Shown: in pieces, positions 12,842-24,630 of the stretch
How positions within the stretch are numbered: position 1 is the stretch's first letter
Layout: the number at the start of each line of letters is the position of its first letter
Origin: Vairimorpha necatrix
Taxonomy: Eukaryota
NCBI GenBank assembly: GCA_036630325.1
Contig: CP142727.1
Span: 682,001 to 746,000 of the forward strand
Length of the DNA stretch: 64,000 bases
Reading direction: 5' to 3'
Made by a program: the position numbers and the translations under genes
The notes under the pieces: model-generated
Database searches by the model: none
Told to the model about the DNA's origin: nothing
Seen by the model: only the letters and a program-made list of their open reading frames with translations

Positions 12842-12890
12842 TGTGATATATTTGTATAATTTCTATCCCCCATTATGATAAATAAAGACA
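12842..12890 (+). repeat. 3' LTR (49 bp)
   Basis: Identical to the 5' LTR; preceded by a G-run PPT and followed by TSD TTTAA. Confidence 0.96.
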
Positions 12891-14189
12891 TTTAATAAAT
12901 TAACCCTTAACTTACAATTATCCTTAACATGGTGGAGAATATGGGATCGAACCCAAAAATGCTCAAAAGATTAGGTTGTAAATTCTGTCAAGGAATGAGA
13001 CGTAAAAAATGCAGTAATATTAAAATGGGGTTGGTTAATTGAAAACAGAAGAAAAGGTGATGGCCTGCATCAGTCGAGGGACCCGGATAGGTGAATATGA
13101 GGAGGTGCAATGAAGAGCTATTAAGAACAGAATTGACTGTAATAAGATCTAGCATAAGAGTTGTCAAGATTGATTGTAGTGGTTATCTCAACATTCACAT
13201 TAAAGCTATCGTGGCAAGATAGCTGAACCACGAGTGTTCAAAAATCCAGAGAGATTTAAAAGAGAAGGAATCAAAAAAACTGTGTTGTCGTTAAAAAATG
13301 AGATAGGCCGATAAAATCCGTTTCCATTGTTGGGGAGACATGTAAAAGAAAAATATCATGCCCATAGACTTTATGTATTTGTACAGGAAAAGAAGTGCCG
13401 TAAAGACCAATACAAGAAGGATAGTAAAATACGAAAGGGTAAAGCGCAGCCCATGGTCAATAAACTTAAAAAATGCACTTTTATTTAGAAGCCAAGCAGT
13501 AGGCATAGAAAGTTGTAAATATAATTACATCACTCAGTTCTAAATTTAGCGCGGGATGTTGAAAATATATATTTAATAAATTAACCCTTAACTTACAATT
13601 ATTTTTAACACTTAAATTGATGTGCAGATGATCTAACTATAAATGGTTTTGCGTACATGAAGTAAATATGAAATATCCGAATAAAAATTTAAACTACGTA
13701 GATACATATGTTTGTTTTCGTATTTGTCAGATGTAAAATTCAATATCGAAGTTTTTTTTTGCACCAATTACAACCTTTCAGGAAGGCTTCTAACGATTTT
13801 GTCGTATTTTTATCTTTGGTCTGTATAGATCGTTATGTATTTAATAGTCGCTTGAATTATCATACGTAATTATTATGCTCTTCTTGTATTTTAGATCTGT
13901 TGCTGTCATTGTTTCGTGCTTCGTTTCTTTGACAGAACTTTAATAATTGGAGATTTGTTTGTTCACTTCTAGTCTTAGCAATTAATTTCCTGGCTAAGTG
14001 TTAGTTCTTTGGATTTAGTATTTGTCTTTACATTTTGTATGTATTCAGAGGCAATCGTTATATAGGTTGACTATTTTTGTCTAATCATAAACCTTATCTG
14101 GTTTTAAGCCTTAAAGTTATTAAAGAAGTAAATAGTATGTGTATGAATTTATTTCAAATGTTTATTTTACTCCGGACATCTTTAGTTTA

Positions 14190-14560
14190 TAATTTTTCAT
14201 TGAAGCTATTATTGGTTACTTTTATTCTTCAATTTACTATACATCCGCGCACTCTAGCTGGCCATACAATCCTCTAGATACCATCTACTATGTTCTTGGT
14301 TTAAAATCCTCTAGCGCAGTGTCTCGCCGGCGTTCAAAGGAGATGCGCTTTAGTGTCTTTTTTTTAATTCTCATTGGATGTAGGCTTCGGTACTAGTCGA
14401 TAGGCCAAGTGCATTGATAAGGTGTGTGGTATTTTGTCACAATTCCGTCACATTTCATGATGTATTATATTATTTGATTTGTACGTTAGCACAATTCATT
14501 TGCTAAGATATCGCAGTTTTTGAGTTTTTCCTGTTCTACTTTCGGTAATTATCCTAAGAG
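14190..14560 (-). mobile_element. Degenerate REL-LINE 3' fragment (boundaries approximate)
   Basis: Minus strand reads DGIVTKYH and KKTLKRISFERRR, homologous to the LINE C-terminus. Confidence 0.65.
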
Positions 14561-14960
14561 GGTAGACATCTCGAATAATAAGCATAAATTTCTAGATGAT
14601 GCTAACACAAAGAAATTTCTTTTTCAACCAATGGTTCCTTAATTATAGTTTTATGCTTGTAGATTTTCTACACTTTTAGTTCTCTTTTTCCGTGTTTAAA
14701 ATAGTTGTTATATTTGCAGGAAAATGTATTTTCGAATATGATATATTTCTGGGTTTACTTTGCAAGTCAATATATACCAAAATACCATAGATGTTTTATA
14801 ATTCTAAAGGAAACAATATAAATATTTTACTTATTGAAGAATATGATTTTTTTTTGATATATATCTTTATTTTTAAAAACTAATTCTTAGTTAGCAATTA
14901 GAGGAATATTGTTACAAAAGTTGTGGCATTATAATTACCACAAACAAATAATTTTCCCCC

Positions 14961-14999
14961 TTTTTGGAAATAGACCATTCGAACGGTCTATTCCAAAAA
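14961..14999. promoter_or_regulatory. Near-perfect palindrome ~20 bp upstream of a CCCC motif; putative regulatory site
   Basis: TTTTGGAAATAGACC-ATTCGAAC-GGTCTATTCCAAAA; a related copy lies inverted at 25029-25060. Confidence 0.4.
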
Positions 15000-15236
15000 T
15001 TTATTATTTATATAAATTTTACCCCCAGCCCACAGAATTCAACATGAAGAAAACTATAAAAATGTTCTTAACATATACCCTTGGAATACTAAACCAAGGA
15101 AGAGCAGGAACGCTAGGGAAAATATAAAACCCTTTATTATGCACAACGGAGTCAAGTAAAGACTAAAAAACAGTTTCAATTTCATCGTTGAAATCGGCTC
15201 AAAAGTAGCATATGTTTTTCGTCAAAATCAATATAA

Positions 15237-16043
15237 ATGGAAAAAAGGATTCTCGATTTAATTAAAAAAAATAATGAAATCTACAATAGGCACCTTGAAG
15301 ATTTCGAAATCGACGAAATCTTCAGGACCTATTTTAAAGTGCACAAAGTTTTCGATGAGGCCCTTCTAATTGGCCCCATCGAAAATTTCCAAAATGAAAA
15401 AAACTCCAGGAGCCGAACACCCCAAGAGGTGAAAGCGCTAAAACCTGGAGGCAGGCACGAAGGGCCAGTGTCTGTTAAGAGAGAATCATCCCCAATGATT
15501 TCTCTTCTGTAAGCTTCCCTAAGACCAGGGAGACCCTTCAAATTTCTAAATGATGTCTTGATCTCTGACATTCCCTTTGGGCTCCTGACGCCAAGGCAGA
15601 AAGACAAGCTCATTGACATCATGGAATGTGTCGTTGTAGAAGAAGGGGAGGTCTTTATTAGGGAAGGCGAAAAGGGCAGTACCATGTTTGTGGTAGATGA
15701 AGGCATTTTTGATGTCTACATCAAAAATGTAAGAACCAAGTCCCTTGAAAGAGGAGACAGTTTCGAAGAAATTGCTTTATTTCACAATATTGACAGGACT
15801 GCCACTGTTATTAGCAGAGTAAAATCAAAAATTTGGGTCATAGAACAGAAGATGTTTGGAGGCCTGAGGGCCTTCGACAGAAATAAGAATAAAGGTATAG
15901 TTCTGGACGGGATAACCAAAATGAAGTTATATCCCGATCTAATTGAGAGAGAACTTATAAGTTTTGTAAATACATTAACTTTCGATTATCTTAAAATTGG
16001 CAGTACTGCTGATATTATCACGACAAACTTTCTCTTTACATAG
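15237..16043 (+). pseudogene. cAMP-dependent protein kinase regulatory subunit (PKA-R/Bcy1-like) pseudogene
   Basis: RRASV inhibitor-site motif followed closely by an in-frame TAA; cNMP-binding domain (IREGEKG..MFVV..G, FEEIALFHNIDRTATV); frameshifts; second cNMP domain truncated. Confidence 0.82.
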
Positions 16044-17563
16044 CCGGATTTGGCTAAATGAACAAGAAATGTAACAAATAAATTTAGAAGAAAATTATTC
16101 GTACATGAGATTAACCGTTAAACTTTCCATATTTTAATAAATTCCTAAATAATTATTTGTTGTATATTATTTAAGTCTGTTTGTGTCATTGTAAACTGTA
16201 GTATTTCTTAGCTTTCCTTCGCAATTGCCATACCCTTATTTTTAAAATTAAAATAAGACCAAAAAATCTAAAGAAGTCATTTTCTAGAAAAATTAATGAT
16301 CAGAATAAAATTTGTTTCTCGACATTTGATAAAATCACAGGATAATAGTAGACAGTGCACTTAAATAAACATATTATTATAATGAAGTTTGTAAAATTTA
16401 TCTAAAATGTTTAAATTCAATATTGACTGTGGACTGTTGTTTGAACAACAGTCTGTGAAGAATTCTTCCTTTGAATTCGTTTATTCAATTTATTAACTCC
16501 TTATTAGCATGATTTTCTTTTATGTTTATGGGCAAGAAAATATGATACATTTATTCTTCAAAAAAGATAATTAGAATAAAAGAGAAAAATATCAACGTAT
16601 TAGTATCCATTAAGTTTCAGGATTATGAGGATTTTTGAAGATCTGTCCTTTAACATATACATCTTGTATAATTTGCACTTTTCAATTTTTAAGTAGTTTC
16701 TAAGCCACGCGAAACAAATAATTTTTACTGTTCGATTAATTATTATCCCTGATGTATCTTCACTAACATAGTTCATCAATATTTCTTCGGTTTCAACATC
16801 TTTTTTATTTAATTTTGATCAAAACACTGTTCAATTAAAAAAAATAATGTCTGTATATTAATAATTATATTTTTCTTTGAAAATATTCTTCTGTTTGTAA
16901 GTTGTGGGGATACGTCATTAATTAATTGAATGGCAGCCGATATTCATGAGTATTTTGTCTTTAATTTTGGCCCCAACATAACAGTATTAAGAACAACAAA
17001 GGCCCGAAATGTTTAGTTTACCGAATTGAGCTATTATAATTGCATTTATGAAGAAAGGAAAAAAAGAAATTTTAAAGGAAAAAGAGTAAAAAGGCTTGGA
17101 GATTTATTAATGGTCGAGGAAACATAATTCAACCATAAAAAATTGATTTTGTTTGGTTATGATTATGAAAAAGGTTGTCAAAAGGACGTTACTTATAACA
17201 GAAAATCTGAAAAAATATTTTAAAGATTAAAAATGAAGAGAACATAAGCATCAAGAATTAACACACTAAATTTAATTCCAGAATTTTTAGTAATCGTGTA
17301 CAAAATAAATCTTTAATGTGATAGATTCATTTTCCAATTTTATACGATTCTAGACTGTATACTTTTTTACTAAAATCTTATTTCTAAAAACGATATGAAA
17401 AAAACAAAATTAGATACAAAAAATATTCTAAGAAAAAATTTAACTCATAAAACCTTTTAAATTTAAATATAATTATGGTTTTTTATAAATAAAAATACCT
17501 TAGTGCTTAAATTATAAAAGGTTTTGTTCTTTTAATATACGGAGAAGTGTTTTATTTATATAA

Positions 17564-20500
17564 AAACTTTTGTGAGTTGAATTTTAGCTTCGGTAGATAT
17601 TTGTAACACATCTTGTCCCAGTATTGCTCATATTATTTAACTCTTCGCAGACTTTGGCTTCATAAGTATATCTGTTTTTCAACTCAGAATTTTCAGCTTT
17701 ATTCCCCTTTGCCGACACCATCTAATTAACGGTCACCGTATTCGCTAGTATGCTTACAGCTCTAACACTTTTTTTCTCTTGCATCCTCTTGATCGCATAC
17801 TCGTCTTTACTCAAAATATATGAATTCTAGAGTCTTTCCAGCACAATATACTGGATGTATGTTTTAAGGTAGGGTTTGATTTTCAGCTTTCTGCTGTACT
17901 TTATGTGATATTTGGTCACCACTTCATCTTATGTCTCTACATAAGAAACTTTTCATGTGCAAAATTTATGTATTAGTCAATTTCATTTGCAAGAAAGTCA
18001 TATTTGCTTAGTTTTTTATTCTCGACAATGTTAAGTCGATTCTTATTGGTTATACCAACTAAACCTTTCTTATTTCATTTTTTGTTTTTTCAAACGGCAT
18101 CATATTAGGCCCATTATGGGTCTCTTCTTTAGTGATTTAATCGTATCTATTTTTATTTTCGCTCGATCATTTTCCTTAATTCCGCAAACCACGTGTCCAT
18201 GTATTTCCTTGCTGATCTGAAACCCAAATTAAATACATACTATTAGATATATGCATCTAACTACCTAGTTGTGTCTTTTTACATAATCAAGCCAACGTTT
18301 AATCACACTTTGTAGCTAAATTCACCACGGGGTTCTTATGAGATCCACAATGAGAACTTTGTCCCCATTGTTCATAAATAGTATTTCTATTTTCTTGCAA
18401 CATCAAATTACTTTGTATCGAGCATGATTGTTTTCCCCGTCTAACTAGGTAGAAGAGTTTTTAATGTTTACTAAATCATTGTACCTAGCTTTAAACAACT
18501 TTCCATGGTTTGTCCTTATGTTAATTTTGTTGTAAAGCGCTTCTTTTAGGGATTTTATTAGCATCTTCTGGGTTATATCTTCTACAAGCTAAGCCTAATC
18601 CTAAACATCGATACTTGTAAAGAAGTGTGATTTGCTCTCTTCCTCTACTTTAATTATCGCTGCCGTCGAATTAAGCTATTTATAGACCATCTAATGTTTT
18701 GAAAATATTCAAAAACATACTTTCGCTTCTATCTTCGATACTTATGAGGCCTCTACTCATTTCGGATTAGGTATGTATAGTCTTTCCTTGCAGACTGGCT
18801 GTAGATGAACCTGGTATTTGATAAGTACCTGTTGGATATCAAAATTTATACTTTTGAAATCTATTGGTTCTAATTTTAATAATCCTACATGATATTTTAT
18901 TATTGATATTGCATGGCTAGAGCTCGAAACATATTCATACCTTTTAATGAGTCTTGCTTAGTTTTTAAACCCTCTGTAGGATCTTATTCCTTACTTTTTC
19001 AAAAGTCTCTCTTTTGACAGCACTAGAGGCATCCACTGTTATTCCAAGGTATTTGTATCCTTGAAGCCTTCTAGTACTAACACATCTTCGCTACAATCAA
19101 TACAGTTAGTCGCAGACTTACTCCTGTTCATTTCTAGACCTACAGCTTAAAAAACCTTTTGTGTTTCCTCATTCTTCAGTTTTAAAACGACATCGTTCTC
19201 TGCGAGGAGCTAAAGATCATCAATAAATAGAAGATGGTTTGTTCATAGACACTTTCGTGAATCTGTATTCCTACTTTTGGGTAAGTTGAATTCGGTTTCC
19301 TGCTCAACACGTTCATACATAGCACAACAAAAGCCGCGACAAGGAACCCCCTTGTAATATGCCTCTTTCATTCTTCTTATTCAGTATCGTTTTTGATACT
19401 CATGTTATCTCAACGTGCCACCTTTTAACGGTGGATTCTAAGAATATACTTATCCATTGAGGGAAATTAAACTTGCTTATACATGTTAATAGATAAGAAT
19501 GGTCTACGGAGTAATAGGCTTTTGTTACATCTATTTACATGGTCTTCAGCTTGTTTATATGCTCCTCATTGACTGATATATTAATCAGGCTTGTTCTTAC
19601 ACTCCTTGGACTTGTCTAACTGTCCCTGGTTAATTCTCTGCGAGTAGCCTCTACTTTCTACAATTAGCTGCATTATTTTCGCCGTGCAATATGTTGAAAG
19701 CTTGTAGAGGTTCGACATACTGGTAATAGGCCTTAAGTCATTATTACTAATGGGGGTACCTTTGGGTATAAAATAAGTAATCTCCTTGTAGAACCAAGCT
19801 TCAGGTTCTTTACCATCCATGCATACTTCCTTAACAATCTTGTAAAGGAATGGGCGTAGAGCTTCACATTTCTTATAAAGAAATTGAAGATTTCATCACA
19901 GTCTGCAGCCTTCAAATTCTGTAAATATTTAATAATATCTACAAATTTTTGCAAGGTTGGAAATGATCTGATCTTGGCTATCAGGAATGTACTCTGGAGA
20001 AACATCTCTAGACTATTACAGTCTTCGGATTGCTTTTTCTGATTCCACATCTTAGACTAGAATGAACTAATATCTTCTTTGCTTACATTATGAGTAACTT
20101 CATTGGCACACTTGAGTTTTCTATAGAAATTGCTTCTATTTAGCTCAAAATTCTGAAATAAGCCCCTATAACTCTGCGTCGGTCTGCGACCTCTATCTTC
20201 CTTGAGTATATGGCTTTCCTCAAGTTGAGTATAGCATTAGCTTCAGAAGTATCTCGGTGTAAACATGCAAGCATGTTGAGTTTACGCATTACCTTCTTGA
20301 ATTCACGATTTCCTCATTTGAGAGTTTATCAAAAGCCCTGGCCTTTTTGATAAGCACTACATTGTCTTCAATCTCAGTAATTTTTTTCAAAATTCTTACC
20401 TTTTAAGAGAAGGTTTGGGCTTCTTACTGGCCATTTCCTAATATCAGATCTGCGCAGCTTGCAGTATCTTTGCCATCTGGTACATTTATGAGGGGAGGAG

Positions 20501-21102
20501 ATCTAACGTGACTATCAACCGCCTTGACTGTGGCATCAAGTTTCAACAGTTCAAAATTCAAGGCAGATATTTATCTCGTTCTTTCTACCTGGTCCACACA
20601 TGTGTTCTACATATAACTAAGTTTCTCCAATAATCGTTTTTGTACTTTTAGGACGAGCTCTGGTTCGAAGAGACTAACCCCTTCTTTCGAGTGAGTTTCG
20701 GCCTTTCGTCTTCTGGTTGGATTCTCTGAGAATTCCTGGGCCGTCATTTGTCTACCGCTATTACTAGTGAGCGCTTTCTTCGCTCTGCCCTTAAATTCTA
20801 GTGAACTCATGTTAGACCTAATTTTTTCACAGAGGAACTCGGTAGCTTTATTCCACCGTCCTCTTGGCATTCTACCAAATCTATTTATAATTGATAGAAA
20901 TACTCTTTGAAGCCCATCTTCTTCATTCGCTTCGGTACTCATAAGTACTGCTACAAGAGTCTAAGCAAATTGAATGTGCACACTAGTGTGTTCTTGCCCC
21001 TGTTCTTTTTCAGATGTGTTTATTTCGCTCCTTACCACTTCGGGGGTTGATTTGTTATTTTTTTGGTTTTTTCCTCCTGCTCTGTCATTACCCTCTTTTT
21101 GC
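17564..21102 (-). mobile_element. Full-length but degenerate REL-type non-LTR retrotransposon (R4/Dong-like by domain layout)
   Basis: Minus strand: PKG..DLRPIT..NLYK, GILQG.SLS, NHLLFIDDL, YKYLG, CCHC-region remnant with KRHN, endonuclease region; many stops and frameshifts. TATATAA on both flanks (17557-17563, 21103-21109). Confidence 0.88.
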
Positions 21103-21156
21103 TATATAATCAACGCATAAATTTAAAATTAATTTTATACCCCCACTTTTTTAAAT

Positions 21157-21945
21157 ATGACGAGAATGAAGACTAGAGAAGAAAAGGAACAGTTAAAAGT
21201 GCTGTTTTTGTGTTATAATTCCATCTTGGATAATCATGAGATAATTCAGTTATCTTATGATATTTTAAGTAAGGAATGTGATTTTGATCAAAATGATCTG
21301 CACAATTTCTTGGAAGCAGCAATAAGTTCATATAATGATATTCCCTATCATAATGCTACCCATGGGTTCAATGCATTATATAATTCGAATATCTTATTCA
21401 TAGACCAAAAATTGAACGAAAAGTTAGGTTTATCTTTTTGATTTGCTGCCTATTGCATGACATAGACCATCCAGGGTTCGATTCCCGTGGGCATAATAAA
21501 TTTGATTTAGAAAATCTCCATGTGGATTTTATAAAGAAATTACTGTCTGAATTTTTACCCGGGCATTTGACAGAGGAAAATATGAATTTAATAAGTGAAT
21601 TAATCTTATCTACAAATTTAATCATATAATGTACTGCTTGACGCTTTTAAAAATAAATATATAGGTCGGAATATTAATGGCGTCAAAAAACTAAATATTA
21701 TTGATTTCAAAATGTTGATAAAAATAGCAGACATAGGTGCATCTTATAAAAAGTTCGATGATTTCATGTGTGGAAGCAGAAAGCTCGAGAAAGAAATTCG
21801 CGGCACGTGCATAGGAGGCGCTAGAAAAAAGGCAGAACAAGATGCAATTCATCTTAAATTATTCCTTACCACTAGCAGAGGTGTTTTCTAAAGATTTTAA
21901 ATTTTTGTATGTAACTGCCATCGAAAAACAAAAAGAATACAATAA
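21157..21945 (+). pseudogene. Class I cyclic-nucleotide phosphodiesterase pseudogene
   Basis: PYHNATH, LLHDIDHPG, IKIADIG in different frames; small deletions relative to the intact paralog 40237-41058. Confidence 0.88.
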
Positions 21946-22351
21946 CAAAAACTTCTTTTAGAATAAGGCTATTTGTCTGTAATAACAGAACAAATATTTT
22001 GGCTTTTACAAGCGAATTATACGTGTTTGCCGGGAGTCTATTTTTCAAACCTCCTTTGTTAAATAGGAAATGGGTCAAGAGAAGATATAAAACACCAATA
22101 TATATCATTTCTTAAGTGATGTAACAATGAAAATTTTAGTTGTTTCGTAACACAGAGGAAGTACCTCTGAGTGTACAGATTTATACTGGACTTGACGGCC
22201 CTTTATTTTATTATGTTATTTAGCACTTTTTTCGTGCTGATAATGTCTCTAGTTGTAAGCTTTTTCCGCTCTTGTTTTCCAAGGAAAATGTTAACAGATT
22301 TTTAGAGTCAAAATGTGGGGATAGAGAAGGAAAAAAAATAGTAAAATTTTG

Positions 22352-23435
22352 GGATCAGTGGGATTTTTTCCCCCATTGGGGGAAAAAATCCTAAATTGTA
22401 AATTTTCAAAATTAGAAAAAGAAAAAAATTATAAATTAATTTTTAATAGAGTTAATATCTTTAAGAAGCGTTCATTCCTATTGTTAAACCTCCACACCAT
22501 TTCCTCCAAAAAATCGGACTTTTTGCTTGTCAAGACACCTTTTCTTTTTTTTATTTCACACTTTATAACATTATTAAAGGACTCAACAGCTTGAGTATTT
22601 GTACCTGTCGCCTTGTTTACAAATTCTTTTTTGTGGCAAACTGAAGAGTGTACATATCCTAGAGAACCTAAACTGCAATAAGATTTATGCTCATCTGTCC
22701 AAATTATGCCTCCCTCTTGGACATTGTCACGGACAATGGGTATTATTGTCGAGGCCTTTTTATTCTCGATTACACAAGCATGCGCTCGGGTAATCATTGT
22801 ATCGTGTTCTACAATACACAATGCATCTGTTTTATTAGAGGGTGACCTTCCCCTGTGACTTTTGGCTTTGTAGTCTAACATTGTCTCGTCGATTTACACG
22901 ACCTTGCCAGGCCCTCCCAATTTGTCGTGCCTACTATCTAGCCTTCTACAGTAATCTAAGAACTTTAAAATAATTTTTTTATAACTCTTGGTGTCAATTT
23001 GCATCTGCTCTATTATTGAGTGCTGAGTCTGGTTGGTTGACCATTTAATTAATACCTTTATTATTGTAATAAATGTCAAATTAAACCCCTGAAAAAAGCT
23101 ACCCTTGCGAATAAGACCTGCTTTTTATAACAAGTGCAACGAGCGTTCATACATACCCAAGCAATTTGGCACTTAATTTTGAAATAATTCTTTTTAACTA
23201 ACAAATTATTGCAAATTTCGCAAGTTAAGCCACTAGCTAATAGGTTAAAATACATCAGAAATTCAACTAATTCCTGATCATTTATCCTAACTAACTCGGT
23301 CTCGAACGAATCTAAACTCATAATAAGGGGTTAAAAAAATAAAAGTAAAAGTAATAAATTTTGAAAGGAATTTTTCCCCCAAATGTATAACAGTGGGATT
23401 TTTTCCACCAGTGGGGGAAAAAATCCCACTGATCC
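22352..23435 (-). mobile_element. Merlin-type transposon family D at a tandem-duplication junction
   Basis: TIRs GGATCAGTGGGATTTTTTCCCCCA../..GGGGAAAAAATCCCACTGATCC. Transposase split over 23321-23076, 23079-22894 and 22881-22429 (GGPGKVV*IDET, WTDEHKSY, TNTQAVES). No TSD. Confidence 0.93.
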
Positions 23436-23784
23436 GCTATTACTAGTGAGCGCTTTCTTCGCCCTGCCCTTGAATTCTAGTGAACTCGTGTTAGACCCAG
23501 AATTTTCACAGAAGAACTCGGTAACTTTATTCCACTCTCCTTTTGGCATTCTACCAAATCTATTTATAATTGATAGAAATACTCTTTGAAGCCCATCTTC
23601 TTCATTCGCTTCGGTACTCATAAGTACTGCTACAAGAGTCTAAGAAGTGGATTGAGTGGGCACACTAGTGTGTTCTGGCTCCTGTTCTTTTTCAGACGTG
23701 TCTATTTCGCTCCTTACCACTTCGGGGGTTGATTTGTTATTTTTTCGGTTTTTTCCTCCTGCTCTGTCATTACCCTCTTTTTGC
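23436..23784 (-). mobile_element. Duplicated 5' end of the REL-LINE
   Basis: MTEQEEKTEK...MSTEANEEDGLQRVF, truncated at the Merlin TIR. Confidence 0.85.
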
Positions 23785-23838
23785 TATATAATCAACGCAT
23801 AAATTTAAAATTAATTTTATACCCCCACTTTTTTAAAT

Positions 23839-24630
23839 ATGACGAGAATGAAGACTAGAGAAGAAAAGGAACAGTTAAAAGTGCTGTTTTTGTGTTATAA
23901 TTCCATCTTGGATAATCATGAGATAATTCAGTTATCTTATGATATTTTAAGTAAGGAATGTGATTTTGATCAAAATGATCTGCACAATTTCTTGGAAGCA
24001 GCAATAAGTTCATATAATGATATTCCCTATCATAATGCTACCCATGGGTTCAATGCATTATATAATTCGAATATCTTATTCATAGACCAAAAATTGAACG
24101 AAAAGTTAGGTTTATCTTTTTGATTTGCTGCCTATTGCATGACATAGACCATCCAGGGTTCGATTCCCGTGGGCATAATAAATTTGATTTAGAAAATCTC
24201 CATGTGGATTTTATAAAGAAATTACTGTCTGAATTTTTACCCGGGCATTTGACAGAGGAAAATATGAATTTAATAAGTGAATTAATCTTATCTACAAATT
24301 TAATCATATAATGTACTGCTTGACGCTTTTAAAAATAAATATATAGGTCGGAATATTAATGGCGTCAAAAAACTAAATATTATTGATTTCAAAATGTTGA
24401 TAAAAATAGCAGACATAGGTGCATCTTATAAAAAGTTCGATGATTTCATGTGTGGAAGCAGAAAGCTCGAGAAAGAAATTCGCGGCACGTGCATAGGAGG
24501 CGCTAGAAAAAAGGCAGAACAAGATGCAATTCATCTTAAATTATTCCTTACCACTAGCAGAGGTGTTTTCTAAAGATTTTACCTTTTTTGTATGTAACTG
24601 CCATTGAAAAACAAAAAGAATGCAACAACA
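23839..24630 (+). pseudogene. PDE pseudogene, second copy (end approximate)
   Basis: ORF pieces identical to those at 21157-21629. Confidence 0.88.

Larger units (their letters stand above)
9672..12890 (+). mobile_element. Intact miniature Ty3/Gypsy LTR retrotransposon (3219 bp, 49-bp LTRs)
   Basis: Identical TG..CA LTRs 9672-9720 and 12842-12890; TSD TTTAA (9667-9671, 12891-12895); PBS TGGGGGCGATACCG at 9721; PPT GAGGGGGGGA before the 3' LTR; empty site near 54807. Confidence 0.97.
9652..13610 (+). mobile_element. TRIM-like non-autonomous LTR element whose 5' LTR is split by the Gypsy insertion
   Basis: 5' LTR 9652-9671 plus 12896-12929; PBS TGGTGGAGAAT at 12930; 3' LTR 13557-13610. Uninterrupted copy at 54792-55532. 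Confidence 0.85.
1..22071 (+). repeat. Large direct segmental repeat, copy 1 (partner 45168-64000)
   Basis: Colinear, near-identical sequence. Position 1 matches 45168 and 22071 matches 64000. The offset falls from 45167 to 41929, mostly because the Gypsy at 9672-12890 is present only here. Confidence 0.97.

Noticed and set aside
21390-21445. Tiny introns rescuing the PDE frameshifts
   Set aside because: The lesions are deletions relative to the intact paralog, and no GT..AG intron with branch site is evident.
22890-22900. In-frame TAA in Merlin (and PKA-R) as evidence for stop-codon reassignment
   Set aside because: The same genes also carry frameshifts, and intact genes here (PDE, homeobox) end in TAA.
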